DNA of 63,066 nt, counting the filler, from Octopus bimaculoides (lineage: Eukaryota): assembly GCF_001194135.2 (NCBI RefSeq). It is 7 parts of 6 records of this genome, joined end to end, with 100 filler letters (N's around TTAATTAATTAA, not from the genome) between each part and the next. Parts side by side here need not be neighbours in the genome. Positions count along the whole stretch, not along the records: positions 14,458 to 39,755 come from NC_068989.1; 6 more parts are not named here. One strand, written 5' to 3'. The stretch's first letter is position 1; each line of letters opens with the position of its first letter. Made by a program: the position numbers and the translations under genes. Below, in pieces: positions 26,288-39,755 of the stretch. The notes beneath the pieces were generated by a model. It saw nothing but the letters and a program-made list of their open reading frames with translations. It did no database searches and was not told the origin of the DNA.

Positions 26288-26690
26288 ATTTTTTTCATAT
26301 ATTGAGGCAAAGCCACACATTTTAACGGGCCCTTTTTATTACTGGTAGTACACCTATTAGCGAACCCACGGAAACCAAAGACAAAGTCAGCCTAGCTTAG
26401 AACCGTTGATATTACGTAGTTTCATAGTAAATGGGTTTTTGCTAATCAGTACAGATGCCTTCTTGTAAAGTGGATCTTCATTAGTTTTCTTTTATACTGC
26501 ATACACGTCAACTCACTGCTACATCACAACATAGCACAGCACTACACTGCATCAGCATAATGCATTGATAGACAAACAGCATTGCACTCTAGTGCACAAT
26601 ACTAAACTTTCTTCTCGCACCCGTGCTCTCACCCGCTCTCTCTCGCTCTCTCTCGCTCTCTCTCGCTCTCTCTCTATGTCTCTCTCAATC

Positions 26691-26749
<59 letters not shown>

Positions 26750-27424
26750 CTTCCTGGGCGTGTATGCGTTTTATATGTGGTTGAAGCAGCTGCAGTGTCA
26801 GCAATGTTATGGATATGTGACCAGTATGAGAGACACTTGATCTCTGTAACAGGTCATCAGCCGAAGAGAGAAACCTGATCTTTCTGATGCAGATTTGGCA
26901 AAGCTGTATACGTTAGGTTACTATCAGAGGTGATCAGAGATTGCGTGGCCTAGTAAAAGCAAATTATGAAATAAAAGAGAGAAGGAGAGGGGGGAGAGAG
27001 AGATGAATGTGTGTTGTTCCCTTTATGTAGTAAAGGGGCGTGGCATGGCATGGCTTAGTTGTTAGAGGGTTCGGCTCACGATCACAAGATTGTCTGCTCG
27101 GTTATTGATCTGGGTGGTACATAATGTCTTCCAGCAAGACACTTCAGTCGCCCCACCTGAAGATTAGCACCAGCCTATTGCTAGTGACCCCTTTCTCTCT
27201 CCAGCTGTTACTTCATTGGTGTTCCGCAGGATCAAAGTGTAGGGGAGTCAAAAATATATCTATGCTCTCTCGCAATGACATAAACATCTAAAACAATTGG
27301 CGACATCTTGTTACATGCTATCAAGCTAAACTCGGTTGCGAGTGACGGCTGTGAATTTTATTCTCGTATAGAGATGACGCTATTCAAAGCTGTTCCCTTT
27401 ATGGATAGTGGTTCAATAACTGTG

Positions 27425-27668
27425 CTACTGCGGTCAAGCTAGGGCATTACCTCGAAGGCATTTAATCGAACAAATCGACTCTAGTGCTTACGTTCTCGTT
27501 TCTTTTCTTTTTGTTAAAACTGATGCTTACTCTATCAATTCTTTTGCCGAACCGCTCAGTCACGGGGACGTAAACGAAACAACGTCGGTTGTGAAATGAT
27601 GGGGGAAGATGTTAAATACAGGCACAAAAACACATACGATCACACACACACACTTATATCATACATGG

Positions 27669-27740
<72 letters not shown>

Positions 27741-27952
27741 TAATCCCTCGCCATATCGCAGTTCACCTATCACAGTTTATTATTTAAGCTTACGTCGATT
27801 CCTCCGTGGTGTTGTTTTGCATTTATAATAAAATAAATATATACAAATTATATAAATAATAAAGAAAATATACTGCTTCTACTTGACGGATTTTCACCTA
27901 TCGCAGGAGGTTTTGGAACGTAACACCTGCAATAGTCGACGAATTACTGTAT

Positions 27953-27983
<31 letters not shown>

Positions 27984-28140
27984 CATACATGTGTGTGTGT
28001 GTGTGTGTGTATGTATGTGTGTGAGTGCATGTACCTGTTATAGTAGAAAGCTCTTGCTCAAGGTGCTGCGCAGTGGGAGTCTGAACCCGTAACCACGTTC
28101 TTGCAAAGCGAGATTCTGAACCACACATGTCATTCCTGCT
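27425..28140 (-). mobile_element. SINE family A interrupted in its microsatellite by a MITE
   Basis: 3' half at about 27425-27660; head at about 28030-28140. Confidence 0.7.
27738..27949. mobile_element. pogo/Tigger-type MITE
   Basis: TA|CAGTAATCCCTCGCCATATCGC ... GCAATAGTCGACGAATTACTG|TA. Confidence 0.8.
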
Positions 28141-28619
28141 TAAATAGGGTAGGGATGGTTTCAAAGCATATGCTTGTGCAAATAATGACTGGTTGGCTTC
28201 TATTGTCTGTATTATAGGTGAATAATAAGTGCATGTGAAATGTCATCAAAGAAGTGCATAGAGTGATACGATCTACTTAGAAATGTGCATTGTCAGAAGC
28301 AGCTAGCTGATCATTAAGTATACACGAAGAGTTTGTGACATCACCGGCCGTTAGGTGACACTTTAAATTGTAGAAAACTGCTGTAATAGAGAGGCCTCAC
28401 ATAAACAGGATTCTAATCTAAATATGAAAAGAAAAATATTTGCAGTTTTGCAAGTATATCATATTAAATACGGACGTAAATTTTTCTGATGACAAAGCAA
28501 CAAAACTACTTTCAGTGAAGTTCTCACGAGTGTGAGACTACTGGTGAGTGACATGGAGAATGAAGGTTATGATAGTCTGGAAGAATTTGGTTGGGATAGG
28601 AACTAGATATGTAATGTTC

Positions 28620-28885
28620 GTTGACCTCGACAGCACTGGAACTGAGAACGTAAAGACAGACGAAATACCGCTAAGCATTTTGTCCGGCCGGTTAATAATT
28701 CTGCCAGCTCAATGATAATGATGGTTTCAAATTTAGCACAACGCCAGCAGCTTTAGTGGGTGTTGGGATAGTCGATAACATCGATGCCAATACTTGATCA
28801 GTACTTTATTTTATCGATCCCGCAAAAAATGAAAGGCTAAGTTGACCTCGGCGGGGCTTAAACTCAGAACGCAAAGAGCTGGAAC
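28620..28885 (-). mobile_element. Two partial SINE B copies in tandem
   Basis: Head part at 28620-28712; tail and core part at 28720-28885. Confidence 0.7.
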
Positions 28886-29127
28886 AATTTGGTGAGGTTA
28901 GGAACTAGATATGAAAAGAATGACGTTAGGACCAGTTAGGAAATCGAAGTTATTCGCACTTGGTGACGAATCCGTAGTAAGACAGTAAAGAGCAGACAGA
29001 GATGAGTTCATGGTTTAATTCATACGAGTATTTACATCGATAGAACACAATGAAAATCAGCACTTTGTCTTGACATAATTGATATATGGTAGACCACACC
29101 GAATTCAAGAACAAGGAATAATAACTA

Positions 29128-29570
29128 TAAGAGCAATTTCTGATAATTATTAATTATAAGACCAGGTTTTGGTAATGACAACAGAAGACCAACTTGTGAT
29201 AATGACAGCAACCAGACCATTTTCTAATAATCCTTTTTACTACAGACACAAGGCCTGAAATTTGTGGGAGGGGGCTAGTCGATTTCATGTAACCCAGTGC
29301 TTGACTGATACTTATTTTATCGACCCCAAATGGATCAAAGGGGAAATCGACCTGACAGATGTAACAACACTTATATTCATAGCAGTAAAACCATCTTCTG
29401 ATACTGAAAATTATAAAGCCATGTTTTTGTAGTGCCAGACCATCATTAGTAACAACAACTTTAAGACCGTCTCGGTTAATGGCAATTATAAAAATCTTCT
29501 ATTAATGACAATTTCAAGATTATCTTCTGTTACATACAACTTTTCAGACCAGCTTCTGGTAATAACTATA
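29128..29570 (+). repeat. Degenerate 27-28 bp minisatellite interrupted by a SINE B tail (about 29228-29362)
   Basis: About 11 units resembling AAGACCAGCTTCTGGTAATGACAACTTT. Confidence 0.65.
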
Positions 29571-29706
29571 GTTTATCTTGTATAGTCTCTTTCCTATTCA
29601 CTATCAATAAAGTTATGGTTTAGTCAGGAAGCAAAGTCAATGCCATAAACTTCCCTTCTCCACTTGATTTGTGAAATCGATACACTTGACGTCCAGCTTA
29701 AATAAC

Positions 29707-30106
29707 TGTAAGATGGCGTCTGCAGGGAAAACTGTGTTATTGGAAATTAGGCCTAACACTAATTACTTCCTAGGCTAATCATTCCATGCACTAATTGCAT
29801 TCTGCACTTATTACTCTCAGCACTAATGACACGCTGTACTAATTACACCTACCTAATCCTTCTTATGGATTAGATAATCGTAATTAGTGCAGGTTCTAAG
29901 GAGTGAAACACTATAAGTGTTATGAGAGAAAGACGAACCGATGTGTGACCTTGGGTGGGTTTAGGTGGGAGTAGTATATAAGCAGCGGAATTCTGAAGAA
30001 TACAGGCCATTAGAGTTGGATCTGCGAAGGAGTAGAGACCGATTCAGTAAAAATTGAAGTATTATGTAATATCTAATCCTTAGAACCAAAGGATGTCGCA
30101 GTAACA
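29707..30106 (+). mobile_element. LTR-like segment; decayed internal sequence may run to about 30830
   Basis: TGTAAG...GTAACA ends, TATATAAG and a downstream AGTAAA; EYNMRSR near 30750 resembles a gypsy pol C-terminus; no TSD found. Confidence 0.45.
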
Positions 30107-30869
30107 GTCGAATGAACAGAGAGAGGAGCAGCACTTAATATGGATTAGAGGATGTAACTTGTTGGTGCGCGAGCATCTGATAGGAAATCGGATTTATTTC
30201 CTTCAGATGTTGCCTAGGATGTTTGTATGTTGCAGCACCACTCAATTTAAGAGTGTTAGCAACTGGCCAGAGCTAAAATATTTTCAGCCCATGAAGTCAG
30301 AATTTAGACGGTAGTAAACAATTATAACTTATATTAGTAAAATTATGAAAGATCATCAAATTATGCCGTTTAGCACACGTAGTGATATTGGTTGTTTTTA
30401 ATTGTATGTTGTTCATGAATAGACAGGCGAGCTACAAAAAATTACTTCCTTGTTACGAGCAATGATTACGTGTTTGTGTTGTTGAAAGTAAAATCTTTCT
30501 CGTATCCTCGCTGGAAAATGTTGCCATGGTTTTTATTCGTGGAGGAGAAGTGCATTTTTATTCCAAGGGTTGTAGGATGATTGAGGATGACTTTAATTCA
30601 GTACAAGTGAAGAATGTATCGTTGTTGAGCTGGCAAGAAGCGGATTGTTAATGCACACGAGAAAAGTGTGAAAAATAACTGAAACTTGGAGTATAGCAGA
30701 TTTGAGAGAGTGCAGGTTAGAAAAAGTTCCATCTGAGTATAATATGCGATCTCGTAGAAAACTTTCAGTCAAAGAGATAAAAGATGGACGGCGTGGAGCA
30801 CATAAGTGGTTAGGTCAGCTTGAAATTCCCATACTTTACACAGTGCTGTAAAGTGGATTCTTCCACTGG

Positions 30870-31298
30870 TGTGATATGTGACTGCCATTGTACTGTAGTT
30901 GCTGTTTTACGCTAGTAGCCACAATATTTACTAGTCAGCGGATACCGTTGTATCTCTTCGTACCGGAATAATAATACGCTAACTTCTTCTGTCTTACTAT
31001 CGCTGATAGCTCCACAAGACACCGACTAGAACTCTCGACTCTCAACTCTTCGACTTTTGATCCTCTCTTGACGACCGGCTACTGGTCTATTTATAATGGC
31101 TGGTTTCGACTACTTTTTACCGGGAGGGGTATACAGTTTCACTATACAACACAGTTAAAACATTGCTTATGCCGAGATTCTCAAAGACGAGAGGCTATTG
31201 GAGACTGACAATCGCGTGTAGTTACTTAGCAAATTTAGCACTATTGATGGGCACTTTAGAAGAAGAGTGGGAACTTTAGGGTGTCAGAGATGGTGACA
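30870..31298 (-). mobile_element. LTR-like segment of a different family
   Basis: Minus strand TGTCA...TCACA with TATAAATAG and a downstream AGTAAA; no TSD found. Confidence 0.5.
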
Positions 31299-31353
31299 AT
31301 TTATTAATTTGTTATTGTATCCATCACCTGTAATTTATTTCAAGTGGTAGATG

Positions 31354-31428
<75 letters not shown>

Positions 31429-32039
31429 GCAGAGAGAGAGCGAGAGAAAGAGGAAAAGTGATAAATAGAGGGAAAAGTTATACATTCCCAAAGATTTTCA
31501 GGGAAATAATGTATCCTATTAGTTGTTGTAATCAGTTTTCTTTTTTCTTTCTTTTTCCTTTTTCCCATTTTTTTTTTTCAGTTTGATTTTGCTTTTCATG
31601 CTTCCAAGCTCGATAAAATACCTTTGATCAAAGATCTGCTCCATCAAAGCTGATATGGGGCTGAGCCATAACATCAATAACAAAAAACGTGATGAATGCT
31701 GCTCATTCTTCTCGATCGGAACAATTAAAAAAGGCCATGAGAAATATCAAATTCAACGTAGGAAAACGGATAACGAAAAAAAAAAAAAACAGATTGCCTC
31801 ACCAGAGGAAAATACCCAGTTGACTACCAATAATATACAAAACCTTAACAGAAATAATATCACAAGGGATAAATCCTCACCTGGAAAAAAGAACAACTAA
31901 CTTCCTTAACAGATATTTAAGTGTACTTTCTTACCTTTAATTCGCTCCTGACAGTCCTTTGTCGCTTATTAGTACATCTGTAGTATGTTAATACACTTTT
32001 TGTTCTACTTTACAAAGCTCACAAGATAGTTAATATGCC

Positions 32040-32290
32040 CTCTTTCTACACGTTCTGTATTTGCTGTATGAGTGAATTTTTATCAGTCTTTATTTTCATC
32101 AAATTCATTCTAATGACTTGTTCTTGAACAGCTATAATTAGCCATCCAGTTTCTCGTTCCAGCTTCCCTCTATCGGCCACAACCAGCGTTTTTTCCTTCC
32201 ACCTCATGCGATACACCACAAAGCCATTCGGAACAAACCTAGTTCTGGTGGGGCTCCGATTCATTCTCATCATCAGCCATTGCTATTTAT
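32040..32290 (-). mobile_element. R4/Dong-like fragment, same family as 21090-22522
   Basis: GKLERETGWLIIAVQEQVIRMNLMKIKTDK; the DNA aligns with about 21860-21925. Confidence 0.75.
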
Positions 32291-33167
32291 TGACTCCAAA
32301 GAGCAGTTTTCACTGTCCAAAGAACAGTCTACTTCGGCCTAGTCATCAGATGTTGAATTTGTAGTAGTAGTCAGGGACCTGTTTTCTGATGAGCTTTCTG
32401 TTTGCAATACGAAAGCTCCATAATATCTTTGCATTGTCATTTTCTTAGACAGTATAATTTGATTTAGATTTGATGAGACACTGAAGGGTTGACTCAGCTT
32501 TCTGGAATAAGTAACAATATCGTCACTCTGATCAGATATCTTCTATCCAGGAGCACAAAATAATCGTCATTGCTAAACACAAATCTTATAACACAGACTT
32601 GCTATTTCTCACTAACAGAAGAAAGCCAAGTATCAGGTTTGATTGATGAGTATCTTATCAAAGAATGGAACGTAGCCTCATCCTCTATTGATGTCGATTA
32701 CTGCATTTCCTCGTAAGACCAGTCAGCTATTTCGGTAGACACAGACATCTGAGGAACCTACCAAGGAGACAACCATGGTGGCTGATACTAGTTCCAGTTG
32801 ATTTTTGTTTACATGTGGCCAAACAATTCGTAGGCAAATGCTAGTTCAGTCCTCGCTGACTCATACAAGCAAAGCATAAATACTAAAGAGCGAAAAGCTT
32901 GTAACTCAGAGATACCTACTGAAGATAGAAAAGCCTCTCCAACATTTCTTTAGTCACCATCAAGAGAAGAGCCTGCAATATCTTTAAGTGGCACCAGCAG
33001 TTTCTGCGTGGACCAATGCAACTTTAATGCTTATTTTAACAGCGCCCACAAAGCCTTTTCCTTTGAGGAGTTTGAAATTTGATGCCTTGGATGATGTGGC
33101 TTACGCTTCTCTGAGTTACTGTGTCAGCTTAACTTATATTGACACAATACCTATAAGTTTATCTTCT

Positions 33168-33373
33168 TAGATTTTCTATAGAATTTAGATCCAGCTCTAC
33201 AATTTATGACTGTTTCGTACACGAATACGTTTTTGTAAACAATGCGATCGAAGAAAGAAAACGTTGGTAAAATAACTATTTTTTCTATCTTCAATCGCAT
33301 TGTTTACATAGACGTATTCGTTTACGAAACACCGTAATTTGCTGTACTGGATCTGAATTCCATAGTAAATCTA
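33168..33373. mobile_element. Foldback element of about 206 bp (probable MITE)
   Basis: Arms 33168-33261 and 33281-33373 are imperfect reverse complements; TA at both ends. Confidence 0.75.
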
Positions 33374-33912
33374 TAGAGATGAACTTAAAAGTGAGAATAT
33401 TGCACTACCAACACAAGGTAAAATCCAATATTAACTTGTAAATCTGTAGTATACTTGGTAGTATATAATGGTTGCAAATCGAAATGCTGTGTCTTTACCA
33501 GCAATTGAAACAGTATGATATATCGTTACATAAAAGACACAACGCGAGTAACTTTTGCATCTATATTATAGGAATTTTAGATATTCTTTTCAATATGTAG
33601 AGAGAGAGCTTGTATTGGAGAACGCTAGAGCAAGTGTAGTATAGCTCATCACCAAGTAGTGATCTGATAAGTCTAAAGCTTAAATTCCAAGTTATTCACG
33701 AGGGTAGGTGGCGTCGGTGAAGAAGAAAACAAGATTTGTATCACTGATCTTTGAAAGTCCGTGTTATTCCATATACTTACAGGACTCTATAATATAAATG
33801 GTTATGGCACCAGTCATTGTTGACGCGAAACAATTGTAAAGATAAAATTAGCTTTCATTTATTTGTAGTCACAACTTCCCATGTAAATACACTCCTTAGA
33901 ATTGATTTGGTA

Positions 33913-34195
33913 GGCGCAGGAGTGGTTGTGTGGTAAGTAGCTTGCTTACCAACCATATGGTTCCGGGTTCAGTCCCACTGCGTGGCACCTTAGGCAAGTG
34001 TCTTCTACTATAGCCTCGGGCCGACCAAAGCCTTGTGAGTGGGTTTGGTAGACGGAAACTGAAAGAAACCCGTCGTATATATGTATATATATGTGTGTGT
34101 GTATGTTTGTGTCTGTGTTTGTCCCCCTAGCATTGCTTCACAACCGATGCTGGTGTGTTTCTTTCTGTCACTTAGCAGTCCCGCAAAAGAACCGA
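33913..34195 (+). mobile_element. SINE family A, intact head, 3'-truncated
   Basis: GGCGCAGGAGTGGTTGTGTGGTAAG..GGTTCAGTCCC..GTAGACGGAAACTGAAAG. Confidence 0.9.
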
Positions 34196-34434
34196 GGTGG
34201 TAACTTTAACACGTTTATTGTGGTCACACGCATAGATACAATGATGAATAGAATGGTCGATGGACTTTTATATATATCTACAGGCATCTGCGTGGGTTGT
34301 ATGTAAGCTGTTAACCCTGGTGAGAAGCTCACGAACAGCGGTGAAGGAACCAGAGCAGTGTGTTGGTGCTGTGTAGACGTTGACAACGTTGGTGAGAGTC
34401 ATCTGGTGTGGGGACGAAGATGGAGGTCGCTGCA

Positions 34435-34545
34435 TGGCGTTCTGAGTTCAAATGCCACCGGGATCTACTTTGCCTTTCGAGATCGATTAAAATAAATAAC
34501 ACTGAAATTGCTGATTTAGTACCAAAATTTGTAGCCATTATTGTT
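34435..34545 (+). mobile_element. SINE family B remnant
   Basis: GTTCTGAGTTCAAATGCCACCG..CTTTGCCTTTC. Confidence 0.6.
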
Positions 34546-34879
34546 AGGACAATTTACTTTCACATTTCTTTCACAGCCGTAAACTGCATGTTAATCATAT
34601 AATCCTGGACACACAACGACTGATAAACCAAAGGACGGGATGGTCGCGTCTGGAAAGACCTTAAGTCTCGTAATAATAGAACATCAATTATTGCAGTGGA
34701 TAATGTTCTAAATGTCCACATGAAATTAATAAAAACAGAAAAACAAAATGAACGAATATCAAAACATACAAGAAAGAAATACGTGTTGATAAGAGTTGTT
34801 AGAGAAAATGCCAAAAGTCAAACGCATTATTCCTTATTTGTTATAATTCATTTACGTATTTCTTTCATATTTACCTGTC

Positions 34880-35089
34880 CTCATCATCATCATCATAATA
34901 TTATCATCATCATCATTATCATCATCATTACTACTACTACTAACACCACCACCACCACCACTATCACCACCATCATCATTGTAGTTATTACTATCACCAT
35001 CATCATCATGGTTATCGCTATTATTATTAATACTACTTCTGCTACTACTACAACAACTACTACTACTACTACGATTTTTATCACAATTA

Positions 35090-35133
<44 letters not shown>

Positions 35134-35196
35134 TTCATCATCATCATCATCGTTATTATTATAGTGGTAATTATTACCATTATTACTACTACTACC

Positions 35197-35243
<47 letters not shown>

Positions 35244-35407
35244 AATACCATTACTGCTGCTGCTACTACTACTACTACTACTACTACAATACTATTACTG
35301 CTATTACTCCAACTGTTATTATCACCATTATTATTATCATCATAATCATTATCATCATCATCATCATAATCATCATCATTATTATTGTAGTTATCATCAT
35401 CACCATC

Positions 35408-35453
<46 letters not shown>

Positions 35454-35454
35454 A

Positions 35455-35498
<44 letters not shown>

Positions 35499-35502
35499 AC
35501 AC

Positions 35503-35568
<66 letters not shown>

Positions 35569-35598
35569 TATCATTACTATTACTATTATTATTATTAT

Positions 35599-35630
<32 letters not shown>

Positions 35631-35665
35631 TTATTATTAGTATTATTATTATTATTGTCATTATC
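34880..35665. repeat. About 790 bp of compound CAT/TAT/TAC/CAC trinucleotide repeats
   Basis: Read directly; explains the 301-aa low-complexity ORF. Confidence 0.95.
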
Positions 35666-36116
35666 ATAGTGTAGAAAATAACAAAATCAGCATTAAACTG
35701 AAAAACTAAAATTGTATCTTAGTAATATTTACAAAGATATTCACACGTTAGTTTTTTTTTTTTTTCGTTTTTATTTTGCTTGATCTTTTCGTGTACAGGT
35801 TATTTCTGCTTTCTTTCTTTCCTGTTGGAGGGGGTGGTGGATGGAGGCCTGCTAGGGTTGTAGAGAAGGGGGTGAGAGATTATTGGGTTTTGTTGTGTTA
35901 CTTGGGAAATTGTTTTGTTTTGTTTTTATTTCCTTATATTTTCACTTTTTGCAAAATAAACTTATTCGTGCATTTATTTATTTATTTATTTATTTGTATT
36001 TTCTTGCATTTTCGTTATTTGCCACGGGCCCCTGATGTCGGAATAATTATGGAAGAACAAAGGCTAGTTGATATTTATTATCATTATTATTATTAATATT
36101 ATTGTTATTGTTACTA

Positions 36117-36172
<56 letters not shown>

Positions 36173-39100
36173 AATAATATTATCGTTATTCAACGATTTC
36201 CGATACCAAATGACGTTCCAAACTGTGTCTTTATCACTGCATGACCTCTCCAACTCCCTTCGGCTCTAATCGATTTACCGGAAAATAGGAGAGCGAAAGT
36301 AACTTTGCGATCAGAGGAGATTAAANNNNNNNNNNNNNNNNNNNNNNNNNNNNNNNNNNNNNNNNNNNNNNNNNNNNNNNNNNNNNNNNNNNNNNNNNNN
36401 NNNNNNNNNNNNNNNNNNNNNNNNNNNNNNNNNNNNNNNNNNNNNNNNNNNNNNNNNNNNNNNNNNNNNNNNNNNNNNNNNNNNNNNNNNNNNNNNNNNN
36501 NNNNNNNNNNNNNNNNNNNNNNNNNNNNNNNNNNNNNNNNNNNNNNNNNNNNNNNNNNNNNNNNNNNNNNNNNNNNNNNNNNNNNNNNNNNNNNNNNNNN
36601 NNNNNNNNNNNNNNNNNNNNNNNNNNNNNNNNNNNNNNNNNNNNNNNNNNNNNNNNNNNNNNNNNNNNNNNNNNNNNNNNNNNNNNNNNNNNNNNNNNNN
36701 NNNNNNNNNNNNNNNNNNNNNNNNNNNNNNNNNNNNNNNNNNNNNNNNNNNNNNNNNNNNNNNNNNNNNNNNNNNNNNNNNNNNNNNNNNNNNNNNNNNN
36801 NNNNNNNNNNNNNNNNNNNNNNNNNNNNNNNNNNNNNNNNNNNNNNNNNNNNNNNNNNNNNNNNNNNNNNNNNNNNNNNNNNNNNNNNNNNNATATATAT
36901 ATATATATATACAAACACACAACATTCACAGACAAACACACACATACACACATAAATAGATTCATTCATTTATGCATACATACCTTTGGCACTGTCGTAG
37001 TGATGCAAACGTGACAGAAGGAATAAATAGGGGGAAATAAGGAAAAAAGTATACTTTATGAAATTACACATAGAAAAGGTAGAAATCAAATATATAAACC
37101 AAAATATATCCCCAAAGAAGAAAATCAAACGAGATGTGGTGTATATGAATCGATTGGGAAAATAATTTACATACTTATGTTGTTTTCGATCCATTTATCA
37201 TTTCAAGAGCCTTCACAGAATATTAACTTTCAAACATGCGTTTTTGGGCTGACTATTTGTATGTGCATATAACCCATTGGTTAGGTTTTTTTGTGAATAT
37301 GCGACTGAGTGAATATCGTTATGTACCGAATCAACGATGGTTGTGATTTTGTACATATGTGTGACTGAATGTCCGTGTGTGTCTGGTTGAGCTTGTGTGA
37401 ATTTGCGACAGCTAATAACCCGAGTTTTTGCTTATATAGATCAGTGGTTGTGGTAGTATGCACGTATGGTTGGATGTTCAGGAAGAAGAACAGAACTCTC
37501 CCGTGGGACCTTGAATCTATTAAATTCCGGAGTCCCTGCTCACTTTTTACGTCCTAGATTAATGCTTAGAACATCTAAGTTTAAAAACTAAATCAATTTT
37601 AATATATGTATTCACACACACACACACATACATACTTCACAAGAAAAAGAAAATAGAAAAATACATAATATATAAATATCTATACAATTTATAGATGGAA
37701 CATAGAAATTATACTAAAGAACATACTTTGGATACGTTTGAATATCCAACAAACTTTGATAAAAGTGAAAGTAAAGGAACTTATTGTTTGATAATATAAT
37801 CGTTAATCGTTATATGAAAAATCTGTGAAAAGGTGCTGGGGGTGTTTGCCATTTAATCGAGACAAGGAAAATGTCATATAGAAACGAACATGGAGAAATA
37901 AAAGAAATAAGAAACATGTATAAACTAGCAAATATAAACGATAAAGAAATTTAGAATTGCGGGTGTATAAAAAAAACTTTAAAATTTTAAATTTAACACC
38001 CTCATTTCGAAATGATAGGAAGACTAAGGCCGAAAATGGAACCAAAACATCCAATTGTTCTCCTCAAAATATAGAGGTGATTCATTGAGAATGATATTGG
38101 TATAAAGTAAATATTTAAGTGCATGCTGACAGGATCTCATTAATTTTGATCCCTCATTTATGTCGTGCAAGTCTCGAAATTTGGTGAGAAACGTCTCACT
38201 TCCAACCAATTTATAACACAAGTTCAATCTGAGTCATAAGTATATATTGATGATTTTCTATTTTATTTTAAGGCGATCTAGCTTGTTTCTGGGTTTTTTT
38301 TAAATATTCTTGGACAAGCTCAGTGAAATTTTTTTGTACAGATGCTTGCAAAATATGAACGCGGTGATAACAACGTTTTTTTAATTGATTTCCAGTTAAT
38401 CTGACATAAACATTAACACAGTGTTATTGTCTATTAAAACCTTAGCTTACAAACAAAAGTGTACGAAAGGTACTTATTATTGAGAGGACGATTGTTTGCT
38501 GCAATAAATTTATAGGCAGATGAAACAATATTTGTCATGTCGGAATGATAATTATAATGACTAACTGTATAAGCAAACATTTTACACCAAAGTAACTGAA
38601 CTTATCCAATTTAATTCATCAGAAAATATAAAGAAACTGGATGCAGAAAGGCTTAACCAATAATTATCTTATGTTTAACATAGAATTTTGATGTTAACAC
38701 AAAGTGTTGCATGATTTTACCATGTAAACATTTTCTTTCCTCAATTAATCATTTGTTGTTGCTGTCGTTACAACTGTAGCTTATTTTATTGGGATGTGTA
38801 CAGTATGGATATACTTAGGCTTTTCCACGCCTCAGTTCTTCTTCGCCACACTGATATGTCACCGTTGTCCAAGCTGTTTCTTCCAAGAGTTCTGTATTCA
38901 CTGCTAAAGCTGTTCTCATGTTGTCTCTTCAGACAACTTTTATTGACATCTGATTATTTCACTTCTAATGGGACCTCGCAAGCTTTTTTTTTTTTTTTTT
39001 TGGCTCTTGCAAGGGTATCAGCTTTTGCATTACTTCTACTGTACGTGTTTGTTCATACTGCTGCTGTCTCTGTTACTGCATTAGATGTGGTAGAGATAAC

Positions 39101-39689
39101 ATGGTACAGCATGTACTATATACAGTGGAGTTTCTTTGCTCGTTGCAGCTTGCCTACAATGTGATGTTCCTATTACTGGCGGTGACAACTGTGTTGTTGC
39201 TACTGCGGCTAATGTTTACATCGTTGTTGTTATGCTGTTATTATTGTTGTCGATGATGATGATAGCAGTGGTTGCGGTGTTGTTGTATGTGCTGCTGCCG
39301 TATATGTTAATATTGTTGCTGCTGCTACCACTGTCATTCGTGGTGGTAAAATTATGGCTCGTAAGTATAAAGGAGAGGACCTTATCCATTTCAACGATCC
39401 CGCCTCTCTACAGTTATCCATTTCACCGATCCCACTTCTCTGCATTTTCATGCGTCGCGCGTTGCATGTTTGTGATATTTTACTTATAGTATATCTGCTG
39501 AGATCATATCAAAATGATTTCTGTTCCATATAGCGTTACCAATTGAAATGACAGCTTCTCTCTGTTCAGGATGACATCAACAGCAAAATACACAACAAAA
39601 TTTGATAGTTACAAAGCTCTAAACGAACAAACAACTAGCAAACCCGTTCGATGTCACAGACCAAAACAATGATCTTCTTCTGTCAAGAG

Positions 39690-39755
<66 letters not shown>

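Noticed and set aside
32385-32420. CTGATGAG followed by the hairpin GAGCTTTC..GAAAGCTC as a second hammerhead
   Set aside because: No GAAA after the stem, and no stem I or cleavage triplet.
32600-33160. GC-richer stretch as a transposase or host exon
   Set aside because: Frames are interrupted and no motif is identifiable.
38024-38227. 67-aa minus ORF (KFRDLHDINEGSKLM)
   Set aside because: Weak acceptor, no donor before the stop, and no family I can recognise.
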